Assembly: GCA_050287085.1 (NCBI GenBank)
Contig: JBNKBE010000017.1
Location: 84,531 to 148,530, forward strand
DNA: 64,000 nucleotides
Source of the DNA: Polyangiaceae bacterium
Lineage (GTDB): Bacteria; Myxococcota_A; Polyangia; Polyangiales; Polyangiaceae
Direction of reading: 5' to 3'
Each line of letters starts with the position of its first letter. The stretch's first letter is position 1. A program made the position numbers and the translations under genes. The notes beneath the pieces were generated by a model. That model made no database searches, was not told the origin of the DNA, and worked only from the letters and a program-made list of their open reading frames with translations. Shown here piece by piece: positions 21,901-31,480 of the stretch.

Positions 21901-24376
21901 TTGGAGTCAGCTGACGAGACTCGAAGCCGGAGCCACAGCTGAACAGGGAAGCGCCTTCGGCAGTGAGCACTTGCTGCTCGGACAGCCGCCTGTGGGAGCC
22001 GCTGTATTCTCCCCATCAGGCTCCCTCGGTGGCGCGTGCAGTAGCGACTTCGACTGTCTGTCGCAACACTGCGTCGGCAACACATGCGTGGAATGCACGA
22101 CGGCAACCGCCACGTTCGACTGTGACGATGGCCTGTGGTGCAACGGAACCGAAAGCTGCGTCAGCAATAGCTGTCAGGTGGGGGTCGATCCAGTCGATGA
22201 CGGCATCGCGTGTACGGTCGACGTCTGCGATGAAGACACCGACTCCGTCACGCACTCTCCGGACGACACCGACTGCGACGACGCCAACGCGTGTAACGGC
22301 GCGGAGACGTGTAGCGAAACCCTTGGGTGTCTAGCGGGCACGCCCATCGACACAGACGATGGGGTCGACTGCACGCTGGATACGTGTGAGCCCGCTACCG
22401 GACAAGTAACGCATTCTCCGAATAGCAGCGCATGCTCCGACGCCGACGCGTGCAATGGTATCGAGTACTGTGATTCGGTGCTCGGCTGTCTTCCTGGCGC
22501 GGCCCCCGTGGTCGACGACGGCGTAGACTGCACTACTGACAGCTGCAACTCGAGCACGGGGCTAGTGACCCACGTCCCCAATCACACCGCCTGCGACAAC
22601 GGTGAGGCCTGCGACGGCAGTGAGCTGTGTGATGCCTCCCTCGGTTGCCAAACTGGAACTCCTATGGTGTGTGACGACGGCGTTCCATGCACGACGGACC
22701 AGTGCACCAACTCCGCGTGCGTGTATACACCCAACGACGCGCAGTGCCCCGGCGGCCTCAGCTGCAATGCAACCATTGGCTGTACAAGCTGCGGCACAAC
22801 GGCGCAAGAATGTCAGACCGGCGGAACCGCCTGTTCACCCGAATGCACATGTAGCGCCGGCTACGTCGGCAACGGAACGACCTGCAAGACCCAGTGCGGG
22901 GATGGAATTATCGCTGGCAGTGAGGTCTGCGACGCTGATGCCTTTGGCGGGATCACCTGCGAAAGCATGGGCAGCGCCACCGGCAGGGGCGGGCACCTAT
23001 TTTGCCTGGACGATTGCACCCGAATCACAGCCACGCAATGCGACGCCGACTCCGACGGAGTTGCAGACCAGAGCGACAACTGCCCCTCGGACGCGAACGA
23101 AGATCAGCTCGATAGCGACGGTGACGCAAACAGCGTGGGAGGAGACGCGTGTGACCCCGACGATGACAACGACGGGGTCGTCGATAGCGCGGACCCTGCC
23201 CCACTCGACGCGACCCTATGCGGCGATAGCGACGGCGACACATGTGACGACTGCAGCGCCGGCGGGGGCTTCGCTCCGAACGATGATGGCGCTGACACAG
23301 ACGCTGACGGCATCTGCGACGCAGGCAGCGGTGATATCGACGGAGATGGCGTGCCGAACATGGCCGACAACTGCCCCAGCGACGCCAATCCCACGCAGGG
23401 CGATGGCGACGGCGACGGTGTGGGGAACGTCTGTGATGCCGACCGGGACGGCGACGGGCTCGACAACAGCGAAGACCTCTGTCCCGACGTCGAAGACCCG
23501 ATGCAGGCCGACACGGACCATGACGGCCAGGGTGACTTCTGCGATGACGACCCCGGGAGCGGCGTAATATCCGTGACGGTCATGGCCCGTAGTCGCACCA
23601 TTCAGCTCGGGGATCTGACGCTTTACGTGCCGGCGAACGCTTTCGAACAAGATACACGTGTTGTCATCTACGAGAGCCCGGCCCAGGCGCCCCAACCCGA
23701 AGACGCGCGCAGCGCCGTCTACGAGATTCAGCTCTCCAGCTCTCCCAAATCTGCGCTTGAAGCGTGCATCGTAGCCGAGATGGGAGGAGCCGACGCCATC
23801 TCAGCCTATGCGACCACGTGGAAGACCCTCCCGCAAGGACCACAAACATCCCTCGAGGAACCCTGTGGGCAGCTCGATAGCGGAGCTTCGATCGCCGCAA
23901 CCGGTACCCCCCCCGACACGACTCCGGACGGGGAGATGGGGAGTGGCGGCATGTCCGCCGGAGGTGAGGGCAACGTGCCTGAAGACTCCCCAGCGGCCGA
24001 CGGCGGTAGCCTCAATGCCGACGACCTGCTGCGTGACGGCGGCCTGCCAAACCTGGGAGATCTCAGCGACGAAGAGCGCGACCGGCTACGCGACGCGGGG
24101 TTCACCGACGACCAGCTGGACGACCTTGAAGCTCTGCTCGATGAGGACGGGGGTCTGTTTCTGGATGGCGGGATCCCGCTGCCCGACTTCCCGGCTATCG
24201 ACACCAGCTGTGGTTGCCGGATTGGGGCTGAGCAGAAACGCTCTGCCCCAACCCACCTGCTCGCGCTGTGCGTATTCGGTGTCCTGGCGCTGAGGTTGCG
24301 GGGGCGACGCGGCTTGGGCTCCTCGCAGCCTTCCCGTCCGGGCCCCACGCACCAAAGGCGTCGCGGGACGCGGTAG
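18995..24376 (+). CDS. Large surface protein: FG-GAP repeats, Cys-rich repeats, TSP type-3 repeats, MYXO-CTERM-like tail
   Basis: Lipobox-like TSAC; EWYQNGPLGVEQGF domain; many FGxSVA..G..VVGAP..GAAYVF repeats; DDGxxCTxDxC repeats; DNCP/DxDxDG repeats; SCGCRIG + hydrophobic helix + Arg-rich end. Confidence 0.88.
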   Translation: MISRFVVGGCLCALGLVATSACHTTTAEERSEAAQADGPRRALSSPPSPGPLLDTPSPFEAQDPLRLAAILERAQRRAGLDYALSPDARGQVRLSNERHRLEGLFAGPTLELRGNETTSGWRHELELVSFGRTKQQTPALLGTRLEQNRIVLTRSGQLEEWYQNGPLGVEQGFDLGSAPPGQESGEELTLRLRSSGDLRAEREGSGVVFKDTLGRRKLALGELVVTDATGAIVPSRFEVDAAHVALVISDQLASYPLHVDPLLSYASMDQKLTSPGAAAAGQFGVALDLSGNLAVVGAPLENSSQGAAHVFAYSGGNWVFQQTLTAPTPAAEEHFGQSVAIDGGLIIVGAPGDGTVNGSAVVFSNSGGAWAQVEELLPTESPGFFGYSVDILGTRLLVGALLVDGIGAAYVYDGDGSNWNAPQKLQTNTEYLGQTVALGRDTTGTSAVEYAVVATPWPSGFTQQGAAYVFTETSPGTWSAGEALTPGDGAAGDRFGGCAAASGNRVVIGASNAESIGPASDQRGAAYVFVRSGGSWGLEQRLEAADADGDLDANGSDTGALFGTSVAISGTRVAIGAPRGSGHLPGAGEAYVFDLSGGTWSESEHYYGGSSVTSGFFGRSVGLSASALLVGALSDDGGASASGAAYAVRLLPRKAANFERLLNSSGDGIDAQGYSVAVRGALAVVGAPLANAEQGQAFVFTFDGSDWNEVATLVASDGAAGDQFGESITLSADAIVIGAPDQSGPGSEARAGAAYVFPALGLSGTVNESAKLRAPSALAGSRFGAQLSIASNTLVVGASHASTGSAFVFERNAGVWSTGTALPTSGLQTGDAMGAAVATDGLFAMVGAPGDDSNTGRIYVFKRGASAWEAHSELTASAPSVGDALGISVSLSNDILAVGAPQTGSGPGKAVIFHYDTGADTWTFEAELTAPLAEQSTANPVGTSVRLQGLQALVAATNRSYLFGRSGTTWSQLTRLEAGATAEQGSAFGSEHLLLGQPPVGAAVFSPSGSLGGACSSDFDCLSQHCVGNTCVECTTATATFDCDDGLWCNGTESCVSNSCQVGVDPVDDGIACTVDVCDEDTDSVTHSPDDTDCDDANACNGAETCSETLGCLAGTPIDTDDGVDCTLDTCEPATGQVTHSPNSSACSDADACNGIEYCDSVLGCLPGAAPVVDDGVDCTTDSCNSSTGLVTHVPNHTACDNGEACDGSELCDASLGCQTGTPMVCDDGVPCTTDQCTNSACVYTPNDAQCPGGLSCNATIGCTSCGTTAQECQTGGTACSPECTCSAGYVGNGTTCKTQCGDGIIAGSEVCDADAFGGITCESMGSATGRGGHLFCLDDCTRITATQCDADSDGVADQSDNCPSDANEDQLDSDGDANSVGGDACDPDDDNDGVVDSADPAPLDATLCGDSDGDTCDDCSAGGGFAPNDDGADTDADGICDAGSGDIDGDGVPNMADNCPSDANPTQGDGDGDGVGNVCDADRDGDGLDNSEDLCPDVEDPMQADTDHDGQGDFCDDDPGSGVISVTVMARSRTIQLGDLTLYVPANAFEQDTRVVIYESPAQAPQPEDARSAVYEIQLSSSPKSALEACIVAEMGGADAISAYATTWKTLPQGPQTSLEEPCGQLDSGASIAATGTPPDTTPDGEMGSGGMSAGGEGNVPEDSPAADGGSLNADDLLRDGGLPNLGDLSDEERDRLRDAGFTDDQLDDLEALLDEDGGLFLDGGIPLPDFPAIDTSCGCRIGAEQKRSAPTHLLALCVFGVLALRLRGRRGLGSSQPSRPGPTHQRRRGTR

Positions 24377-24426
24377 GATCGGCCAAGGACTTGGCCCCCG
24401 TGCCCCGCGAGTGCAACGCTAGTTCC

Positions 24427-25776
24427 GTGACGCGCTTTTTCCGCTCGAACCTGGCGGCGCTGGCGATCTGGGCTGGCCTCGGCTCGGCCTGTTCCGCCAG
24501 CGTATCGGGTAAGGTCAGCACAGCTGATGACGTCGAAGGAGCAACCGCTGAGGAGAATGCGGCCCCCGCAGACGCCAAGGCTTTCGCCGCCCTCGAGGAT
24601 CCCGATTTCAACGAGGCGCCTGAATCCGCTCGCGTCGGCGAAGCGGCGCTGCTCGGTGCCCGGCATGACCTCTACCTCAAGGGCAACGGGCGGGTCGTTT
24701 GCGGCTGCATGCAGGCGACGGCTGGTCCCGCCTACACGCCTGGATTGGTGTGGGACGCCACCGTTCCGCGCCTGGATCTCGACTCTCAGGTGGCGCTTGC
24801 CATTTCCGACGGCGCCGATTGCGCGGGAGCCCCAACGGGAGCCGAAGGCGCGAGCTACCGCGGCTATCAGCAGCAAGGCAACGACGTCATCGTGCTGCTC
24901 GAAGCAGCCCGCGCCGGCAAGCCCCAAGTATCCGGCGCCGTGGTACCCAAACCCGTAGCCGGGGGCCGCTTGATACTCAGCCCTTTCAAGCCCGACCTGC
25001 CTTATGGCCGAGGCGAAGACGAGAAGGGTTGTGTGGTCCTGGGGGCCGCTGAGCCTGAGAAGACGGATGGCCGTGCAGTCGCAACCCAGCGCCGCATCGC
25101 TCCTGCCCCGGCTTCCGATTCCAAGTCGCTGACCCGCGTCGATGTACAACGCACGGAGCTCGATAAGCCAAGCTTCGAGGACATCAACGCACCGGAAGAA
25201 TACAACGAAGACGAGGTGCCAAGTCTCCGCGACGGCCTGTTGGTGCGCGCGAGCCTGGGGCTCGAGTACCTGACCTTGAAGTCAGGCGGAACCGATCCCA
25301 GCGTTGATATCACGGGACTCGGTGCCGGCTTCAGCTTGTTCATCGGTGGCGCCCTTTCGCCGGGTAGTACCGTCGGCGCAGTGCTCGGCGGCAGCTCCGC
25401 TGAGAATCCGGAAGCCAGCTCTGACACAGCTGGACTCGCGCTGACGGGCACTCGACTCAATGCGTTCCGCGTTGGATTGTTCGGCGATATCTACCCCTGG
25501 GAAACGAGCGAGTTTCACCTGGGAATGGAGGTCACGGCGACCCGCGTCGGCTTCTCGGGGCGGGGCAATCCCGCCGCTCCGGTTACGGGTCTGGGGCTGG
25601 GCGCGTCGCTCGGCTACGATCTCTGGCTGAGTCGACATGTTAGCCTGGGACTGATGGCGACTTTCCAATACGCCCTGCTACCCAGCCATCAGTTCTCACA
25701 GGTTCTGTCAACGGCAGAAAGCACCATGAGTCATCTTCTTGTCCCCGGACTCGCTCTGGACATTGCCTACCACTGA
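24427..25776 (+). CDS. Lipoprotein with C-terminal beta-barrel-like domain
   Basis: Probable GTG start at 24427; lipobox LGSAC; C-terminal ~190 aa of Gly-rich alternating strands ending DIAYH. Confidence 0.65.
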   Translation: MTRFFRSNLAALAIWAGLGSACSASVSGKVSTADDVEGATAEENAAPADAKAFAALEDPDFNEAPESARVGEAALLGARHDLYLKGNGRVVCGCMQATAGPAYTPGLVWDATVPRLDLDSQVALAISDGADCAGAPTGAEGASYRGYQQQGNDVIVLLEAARAGKPQVSGAVVPKPVAGGRLILSPFKPDLPYGRGEDEKGCVVLGAAEPEKTDGRAVATQRRIAPAPASDSKSLTRVDVQRTELDKPSFEDINAPEEYNEDEVPSLRDGLLVRASLGLEYLTLKSGGTDPSVDITGLGAGFSLFIGGALSPGSTVGAVLGGSSAENPEASSDTAGLALTGTRLNAFRVGLFGDIYPWETSEFHLGMEVTATRVGFSGRGNPAAPVTGLGLGASLGYDLWLSRHVSLGLMATFQYALLPSHQFSQVLSTAESTMSHLLVPGLALDIAYH

Positions 25777-25841
25777 GTCGAGCCCACCACCCCTATCCTT
25801 TGAGCTTTACAGGGACCTTCCAGCGGGCGATGGGTGGATTC

Positions 25842-26189
25842 ATGACGGCGGTTTCGCGCAGGCTTCTCAGACTTGCCATCTCAGCGCTGGCAGCAACGTG
25901 GGCACTGGCTTTGACTTCCTGCTCCACGTCTCAGCTGTGCCGTCCTGATCCCGCCACCGGAGTGATGCAATGCGTTCAGCGCGGAACAAGTCCCGGTGGG
26001 GCAGCCTTGACGGCCGCCGGAGCGGGCGTTTTGTGGGTCACTCAGGGTGGCTGCCGCGCAACCGGCTGCCACCCGCCCCTGGAATGCAATCCCGCATCGG
26101 GCCTGTGCGAGGCCCCTCGCTGCGGAGAGGGCCTTTCGCCATGTCCCGACAACACAACCTGTGATCACGCGACTTACACCTGCCGCTAG
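25842..26189 (+). CDS. Small cysteine-rich lipoprotein
   Basis: Signal peptide with LTSC lipobox followed by multiple Cys in EGF-like spacing. Start uncertain (25800-25842). Confidence 0.65.
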   Translation: MTAVSRRLLRLAISALAATWALALTSCSTSQLCRPDPATGVMQCVQRGTSPGGAALTAAGAGVLWVTQGGCRATGCHPPLECNPASGLCEAPRCGEGLSPCPDNTTCDHATYTCR

Positions 26190-26237
26190 CCCGCGCAGGT
26201 AAGAGTCGAGGCCGCGGCTCTCAGGTCTGCGCCGGCG

Positions 26238-27731
26238 TCACAACGCGCCGAGTTCGGGGTACAGCGGGAAACGCCCAAGCAGCGAGGACACGCGTGAGAG
26301 GGCCTCGCTCCTGATAGCGTCGTCTACGACGTACTTCGCGCGACTCGGCTCCCCTGACGGGGTTGTCGCCGGCCGTGTATTGCTCAGCACACGATGCGTA
26401 ATCGCCGCAATTTCCGCCATTTCCTCACGGCCCATACCCAACGTAGTCGTGGCCGGAGTACCCAAGCGCAATCCACTCGTGTACCAGGGCCCATTGGGAT
26501 CGCTCGGCAAGGAGTTTCGGTTGAGCGTCACACCACATTCGCGCAGTACGGACTCCGCTTGGCGCCCCGTGAGACCATAGCTATCCGAGACATTGACAAG
26601 CAGCAGGTGGTTGTCGCTGCCCTCGGTCAGCACGCGCATGCCCTGGGCCAAACAGGCCTCAGCCAGCGCGCGGGAGTTTGCGACAATGCGCTGCGCGTAG
26701 TCCGCAAACGCCGGCGCTTGGGCCTCACGGAAAGCTACGGCCTTGGCACACATCACGTGCGGCAAGGGGCCGCCGAGCACCGCAGGACAACCCTTATCAA
26801 CGGCGTCCGCGTACTCCTTGGTACACAGCACCATGCCACCGCGGGGCCCGCGCAATGTCTTGTGCGTGGTCGTCGTTACCACGTGAGCATGAGCCACTGG
26901 GTCATAGTCTCCCGTGAACACCTTGCCCGCCACTAGCCCCGCGAAGTGCGCCATGTCGACCATGAAGGTTGCACCAACCTCATCCGCCATCTCGCGCATC
27001 TTGGCGAAGTTGAGCTTCCGCGGGTAGGCGCTGTAGCCAGCCAGCAAGATACGCGGACGAAGCTCTCGCACCTGGGCGGCCAATGCGTCGAGGTCCACGA
27101 GCCCTGTCTCGGGATGCACGCTGTACGTGTGAGCGTCAAATAGATGTCCCGAGAAGTTGTATCGATAGCCGTGGGTCAGATGCCCACCGGAGTAGTAATC
27201 TAGAGCTAGCAGGCGTTGCCCATGCAGGGCCTGCCGCACCTCATCCCACTGCTCGCGCGTCAGCTTGGCGAGATTCTGCTCTCCAAACCGTTCCAGCAGA
27301 GGGGCCTGAACGGTATGTGCCAAGATGGCGGAGAACGCGACCATATTGGCATCCGCACCCGAATGGGGCTGCACGTAGGCATGGTCCGCGCCGAACAGCT
27401 CACAGGCGAGGCGAGACGCCTCAGCTTCAACGGTGTCCACATGATCGCACCCGGCATAGAAGCGATGCCCGGAGATCCCCTCGGCGTATTTATCGGTGAA
27501 CCAGTTACCCTGAGCTAGCTGAACAGCCAGCGAGCTGTAATTCTCGCTAGCAATCAGCTTCAGGTTGGAGCGCTGCGCGCGCAGTTCCTCGACGATCGCG
27601 CTTGCCACTGTGGGACTTACAGTTGCCACGTGATCGAGGGACGCCAAACAGGCCGCAGTCGCGGCATTGGGGGCGGCCCCATCCAGCGACGAAAGGTAGT
27701 TGACCAAACGGGAAGAAGAATTCTGGGACAT
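26238..27731 (-). CDS. glyA: Serine hydroxymethyltransferase (long form)
   Basis: LIASEN, KYAEG, QPHSGADAN, GGHLTHG, DMAHFAGL, TTTHKTLRGPRGG (PLP Lys) and SGLRLGTPA motifs. Confidence 0.97.
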   Translation of the reverse strand: MSQNSSSRLVNYLSSLDGAAPNAATAACLASLDHVATVSPTVASAIVEELRAQRSNLKLIASENYSSLAVQLAQGNWFTDKYAEGISGHRFYAGCDHVDTVEAEASRLACELFGADHAYVQPHSGADANMVAFSAILAHTVQAPLLERFGEQNLAKLTREQWDEVRQALHGQRLLALDYYSGGHLTHGYRYNFSGHLFDAHTYSVHPETGLVDLDALAAQVRELRPRILLAGYSAYPRKLNFAKMREMADEVGATFMVDMAHFAGLVAGKVFTGDYDPVAHAHVVTTTTHKTLRGPRGGMVLCTKEYADAVDKGCPAVLGGPLPHVMCAKAVAFREAQAPAFADYAQRIVANSRALAEACLAQGMRVLTEGSDNHLLLVNVSDSYGLTGRQAESVLRECGVTLNRNSLPSDPNGPWYTSGLRLGTPATTTLGMGREEMAEIAAITHRVLSNTRPATTPSGEPSRAKYVVDDAIRSEALSRVSSLLGRFPLYPELGAL

Positions 27732-27739
27732 GGGCGCTC

Positions 27740-29545
27740 CTATTGAACCTTTGGACTCGCGCTTTTTTCCGGAAGACGCAATCGAATGTGCACGTCACGG
27801 AGCTGACGTTCACTCACCTCCGAAGGCGCTCCCATCATCAGATCGCGCGCGTTCTGCGCGAGCGGGAATGCTATAATCTCTCGAATTCCGGTCTCCTGAG
27901 CCAACAGCATGACGATGCGGTCCAAGCCTGGAGCCAAACCACCATGGGGCGGAGCCCCATATTGAAAAGCGTTGAAGAGCGCACCGAAACGCTCCTCGAC
28001 GTCGCTCTGGGTGTAGCCGGCAATTTCGAAGGCCTTGACCATCACATCTGGCCGGTGATTTCGAATCGCGCCGCTCGATAGCTCGATACCGTTGCAAACG
28101 ATATCGTATTGGTAGGCGAGAATATCCAGCGGGTCCTTGTTCTCGAGCGCTTCGAGTTCGCCCTGCGGCATGGAGAACGGATTGTGACTGAAGTCGATTC
28201 CGCCAGTGTCCTTGTTCTTTTCGAACATCGGGAAATCCGTGATCCAGCAGAACTTGTATTGTTCTTTGCTGATGAGATCGAGCTGCTGCCCGAGTTCCGT
28301 TCGAACGGCCCCCCCCCAACCGCAGGCGTCCCCTTCATCACCACACACGAAGAAGATGGCGTCGCCTGCAACGGCGCCGGTTCTTTCCGATATCCGAGCC
28401 AGGCGCTCTTCATCCAAGAACTTGGCAAGGGGCCCCTTCGGCTTGTCTGAAAGCACGACGTAGGCGAGGCCTGGCGCTCCTAGGCTCTTGCTAAACTCGA
28501 TGAGATTATCAAAGAATTTTCGAGGCTTATCCGCCACCTGGGGCGCCTTCAGAGCGCGCACGACAGCCCCCGCCTCGACCGCGCCGGCAAATGCGCGAAA
28601 CTCGCTCCCCCGGAACACATCCGTCGCGTCGCACAGCTCAAGGGGATTTCGGAGGTCAGGCTTGTCGGAGCCGTACTTCAGCATCGCCTCGCGATAAGGG
28701 ATCTGCGGAAACGGCGCATCGGTGACTGGCCAATCAGAAAACTCGCGGAACACGCCAACCAGAATGGGCTCGACCGCCGCGAAGACATCCGCTTGCGTGA
28801 CAAAGGACATCTCAACGTCGAGCTGGTAGAACTCACCGGGCGAGCGATCAGCGCGGGCATCTTCATCGCGAAAGCAGGGAGCGAGCTGGAAGTAGCGATC
28901 AAAGCCGCCCACCATGAACAGCTGCTTGAACATCTGGGGCGCCTGAGGCAGCGCAAAAAAGCGCCCCGGATAGATGCGACTCGGCACCAGGAAGTCACGA
29001 GCGCCCTCCGGTGAGCTTGCGGTCAGAATCGGAGTCTGCAGCTCCAGAAACCCGGCCTCCGTCATCCGTCGTCGAAGACTCGAAGCGACCGCCGAACGCA
29101 AGATGACGTTCTTATGCATGGCCTCACGGCGGAGATCCAAGAAGCGATAGGTGAGCCGCTGCTCCTCGGGCGGCACGATTTCCGATGCCACCTGAAAAGG
29201 CAGAGCCTTGCATTCCGAAATCACGACCACGGCGTCAGCGCGCAATTCGATCCGTCCGGTATCCACGTTGGGGTTGACGTTGGTCTCGTCACGCGCCAGC
29301 ACTTTGCCGGTTACCGTGAGAACAGACTCCAGTTTGGACGCCTCCAGCTGGGCAAAAGCCGGCTCGCCCTGTTCCGCCACCACCTGCGTAACGCCGTAGT
29401 GATCGCGCAGGTCTACAAACAGCAGGTTGCCATGGTCGCGCTTGCGGTGAACCCAGCCGGATAGCCGAGCCACGTGGCCCACATGCTCCTCCCGGAGCTG
29501 GCCACAGGTATGAGACCGGAAGCGATGGAGAGTGTCCGAGGTCAT
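27740..29545 (-). CDS. aspS: Aspartate--tRNA ligase (probably non-discriminating Asp/Asn type)
   Basis: [47 protein letters not shown] and [12 protein letters not shown] motifs; ATG at 29545. Confidence 0.97.
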   Translation of the reverse strand: MTSDTLHRFRSHTCGQLREEHVGHVARLSGWVHRKRDHGNLLFVDLRDHYGVTQVVAEQGEPAFAQLEASKLESVLTVTGKVLARDETNVNPNVDTGRIELRADAVVVISECKALPFQVASEIVPPEEQRLTYRFLDLRREAMHKNVILRSAVASSLRRRMTEAGFLELQTPILTASSPEGARDFLVPSRIYPGRFFALPQAPQMFKQLFMVGGFDRYFQLAPCFRDEDARADRSPGEFYQLDVEMSFVTQADVFAAVEPILVGVFREFSDWPVTDAPFPQIPYREAMLKYGSDKPDLRNPLELCDATDVFRGSEFRAFAGAVEAGAVVRALKAPQVADKPRKFFDNLIEFSKSLGAPGLAYVVLSDKPKGPLAKFLDEERLARISERTGAVAGDAIFFVCGDEGDACGWGGAVRTELGQQLDLISKEQYKFCWITDFPMFEKNKDTGGIDFSHNPFSMPQGELEALENKDPLDILAYQYDIVCNGIELSSGAIRNHRPDVMVKAFEIAGYTQSDVEERFGALFNAFQYGAPPHGGLAPGLDRIVMLLAQETGIREIIAFPLAQNARDLMMGAPSEVSERQLRDVHIRLRLPEKSASPKVQ

Positions 29546-29920
29546 GATGCGGCGGGACCCTACAGAGTCGCTGGCGGGCGTGCAAGCGTGTCGGGCGTGG
29601 TCGGCGTGCGCCTTGGGACCGGCGTCCGCCGCACCAGAAAGGCGCGAAAGCCCCATGCCGCAGCCCGCACCGAGACGACGGCTCCCAAACAGCAAGGTTG
29701 ACAAGGGCAGCCGACTCGTCCAGATCTAGCGGCACAGTCAAGCAGCGCGGACTTTGGCCCACCTTGGGTGACGCGCTCTACAAGTATCACCCTAAGTCGC
29801 TGGGCCGCCACGGTGCACGCTCTGTTCCTCGCCGAATTGGACGCGCCGCCGAGACGGGACTTGGTTGCTCGCGGTGGGCCGCTCTAGACACAATAGCGCC
29901 CCCCTGAGAGGCCCTTCCCT

Positions 29921-31111
29921 ATGACCAAGCCCCCTTCCTCAGCGATCGACACGTTAGCCGTCCGCGGCGGCCAACCGAGACGGCACGGCTACAACGCCGT
30001 CACAATGCCGATTGTCTGCACGGCCACCTATGCGTTCGACTCCACGCAGGAGATCCACGATCACTTCCAAGGTAGCGCGGAGCACCGGGAAGAATACGGC
30101 CGCTATGGCAACCCCACCGTTCGCGCTGCCGAACACGCCCTATCAGCTATAGAAGGCGCAGAAGAGACGGTGTTGTTTTCAAGCGGCATGGCGGCGATCA
30201 CGACATTTCTGCTGGAGGTGCTGAAGCCAGGAGATCACGTCGTTATGACCGCCGACTGCTACCGGCGCACTCGACAGTTCATCCGCACCACACTCGCGAA
30301 GTTCGGGATCGAACACACCTTCGTCGAGCCAGGCAATTACGAGGCCCTGGAGGGAGCAATCCAGGCGGGCAAGACGCGTCTACTGATCACCGAGGCCCCA
30401 ACCAATCCCTACCTCCGCGTTCCAGACATTGCCCGTATGGCGGAGATTCGCCACAAGTTCCGGCGTCTGAAGCTCCTGGTAGACGCAACTCTCGCGACGC
30501 CGTTTAATCTCCGCCCGCTGGAGCTCGGGGCCGATCTCGTGGTGCACTCCGGTACCAAGTACTTGGCCGGACATAACGATGTCCTTGCAGGTTCATTGAG
30601 CGGCTCGCGAGACTTGATCCGCGCCATCGCAGACGCCCGAGGGGTATTTGGCGGCATGCCAGATCCGCACGGCGCTTACTTGCTCCTGCGCGGGCTCAAG
30701 ACGCTCGCCGTTCGGATGCGACACCACAATGCAAGCGCGCTCCGCATCGCCGAATTCTTGGAACAACATCCGAAAGTCGAACGCGTCCACTACCCGGGCC
30801 TCTCAAGCCATCCCGATCACGAAACCGTCACGCGGCACTTCAAGGGCTTTGGTGGCATGGTGAGCTTTCAGGTGAAAGCGGACTTAGCAGGCACTGCCGC
30901 AGTCGTGGAGCGCTGCCGAATTCCCAACGTAGGTCCATCCATGGGCGGCGTAGAGTCACTAGTGGAACAGCCGTCACTCATGTCCTTCTACGAATTGACC
31001 ACCCAGCAGCGGCTCGCCATCGGCATCCACGACAATCTCATCCGACTGTCTGTGGGACTCGAGGACACCGACGACTTGATCGACGACCTCCGACAGGCGC
31101 TCGAGGGCTGA
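29921..31111 (+). CDS. metB: Cys/Met metabolism PLP enzyme (cystathionine gamma-synthase-like)
   Basis: YGRYGNPT, FSSGMAAI, EAPTNP, VDAT, HSGTKYLAGHND and IRLSVGLED motifs. Exact substrate specificity not resolvable by eye. Confidence 0.85.
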   Translation: MTKPPSSAIDTLAVRGGQPRRHGYNAVTMPIVCTATYAFDSTQEIHDHFQGSAEHREEYGRYGNPTVRAAEHALSAIEGAEETVLFSSGMAAITTFLLEVLKPGDHVVMTADCYRRTRQFIRTTLAKFGIEHTFVEPGNYEALEGAIQAGKTRLLITEAPTNPYLRVPDIARMAEIRHKFRRLKLLVDATLATPFNLRPLELGADLVVHSGTKYLAGHNDVLAGSLSGSRDLIRAIADARGVFGGMPDPHGAYLLLRGLKTLAVRMRHHNASALRIAEFLEQHPKVERVHYPGLSSHPDHETVTRHFKGFGGMVSFQVKADLAGTAAVVERCRIPNVGPSMGGVESLVEQPSLMSFYELTTQQRLAIGIHDNLIRLSVGLEDTDDLIDDLRQALEG

Positions 31112-31141
31112 GCCGCAACCCGATAGCCCCACAGAGCGTCG

Positions 31142-31480
31142 TCATACGCCCTCGGCCAAGGCGCGAGCCGCAGCCACCATGCGACGTTTTTCACGGCGCT
31201 CCTCCAGACACGCGGGGGACCCTGCAAGCAACTCTCGACAGGGGGCGGGGCGTTCCTCGTAGATGCTGCACCGATAGTGCTGACCTGCTGCAACCAAGGC
31301 CGCGCAATGACCGGCCGAGACCATGCGGAGGTAGATGCGCGCGCCGTCACTGTGAGTCAGCGCGCGCAAGCGAGGGGACGCGTTCTGACGCTCCTTCGGA
31401 CTGAGCTCCACGTAGTGCGAAGAACGCGAAAAGCAACACGCCGCACAATCCATGCACTCCTGGCTCACCCGAGGCCCCAA
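31142..31480 (-). CDS. YkgJ family cysteine-cluster (CxxCxxCC) protein
   Basis: CMDCAACC...CAAL...CSIYEERPAPCR...GSPACLEERR. Confidence 0.8.
   Translation of the reverse strand: MGPRVSQECMDCAACCFSRSSHYVELSPKERQNASPRLRALTHSDGARIYLRMVSAGHCAALVAAGQHYRCSIYEERPAPCRELLAGSPACLEERREKRRMVAAARALAEGV

Noticed and set aside
22602..23567. 321-aa Thr/Ala-rich + strand ORF
   Set aside because: Alternative frame of the Asp/Cys repeat region of the large surface protein.
23806..25149. 447-aa minus-strand ORF
   Set aside because: Antisense shadow of two better-supported + strand genes in GC-rich DNA.
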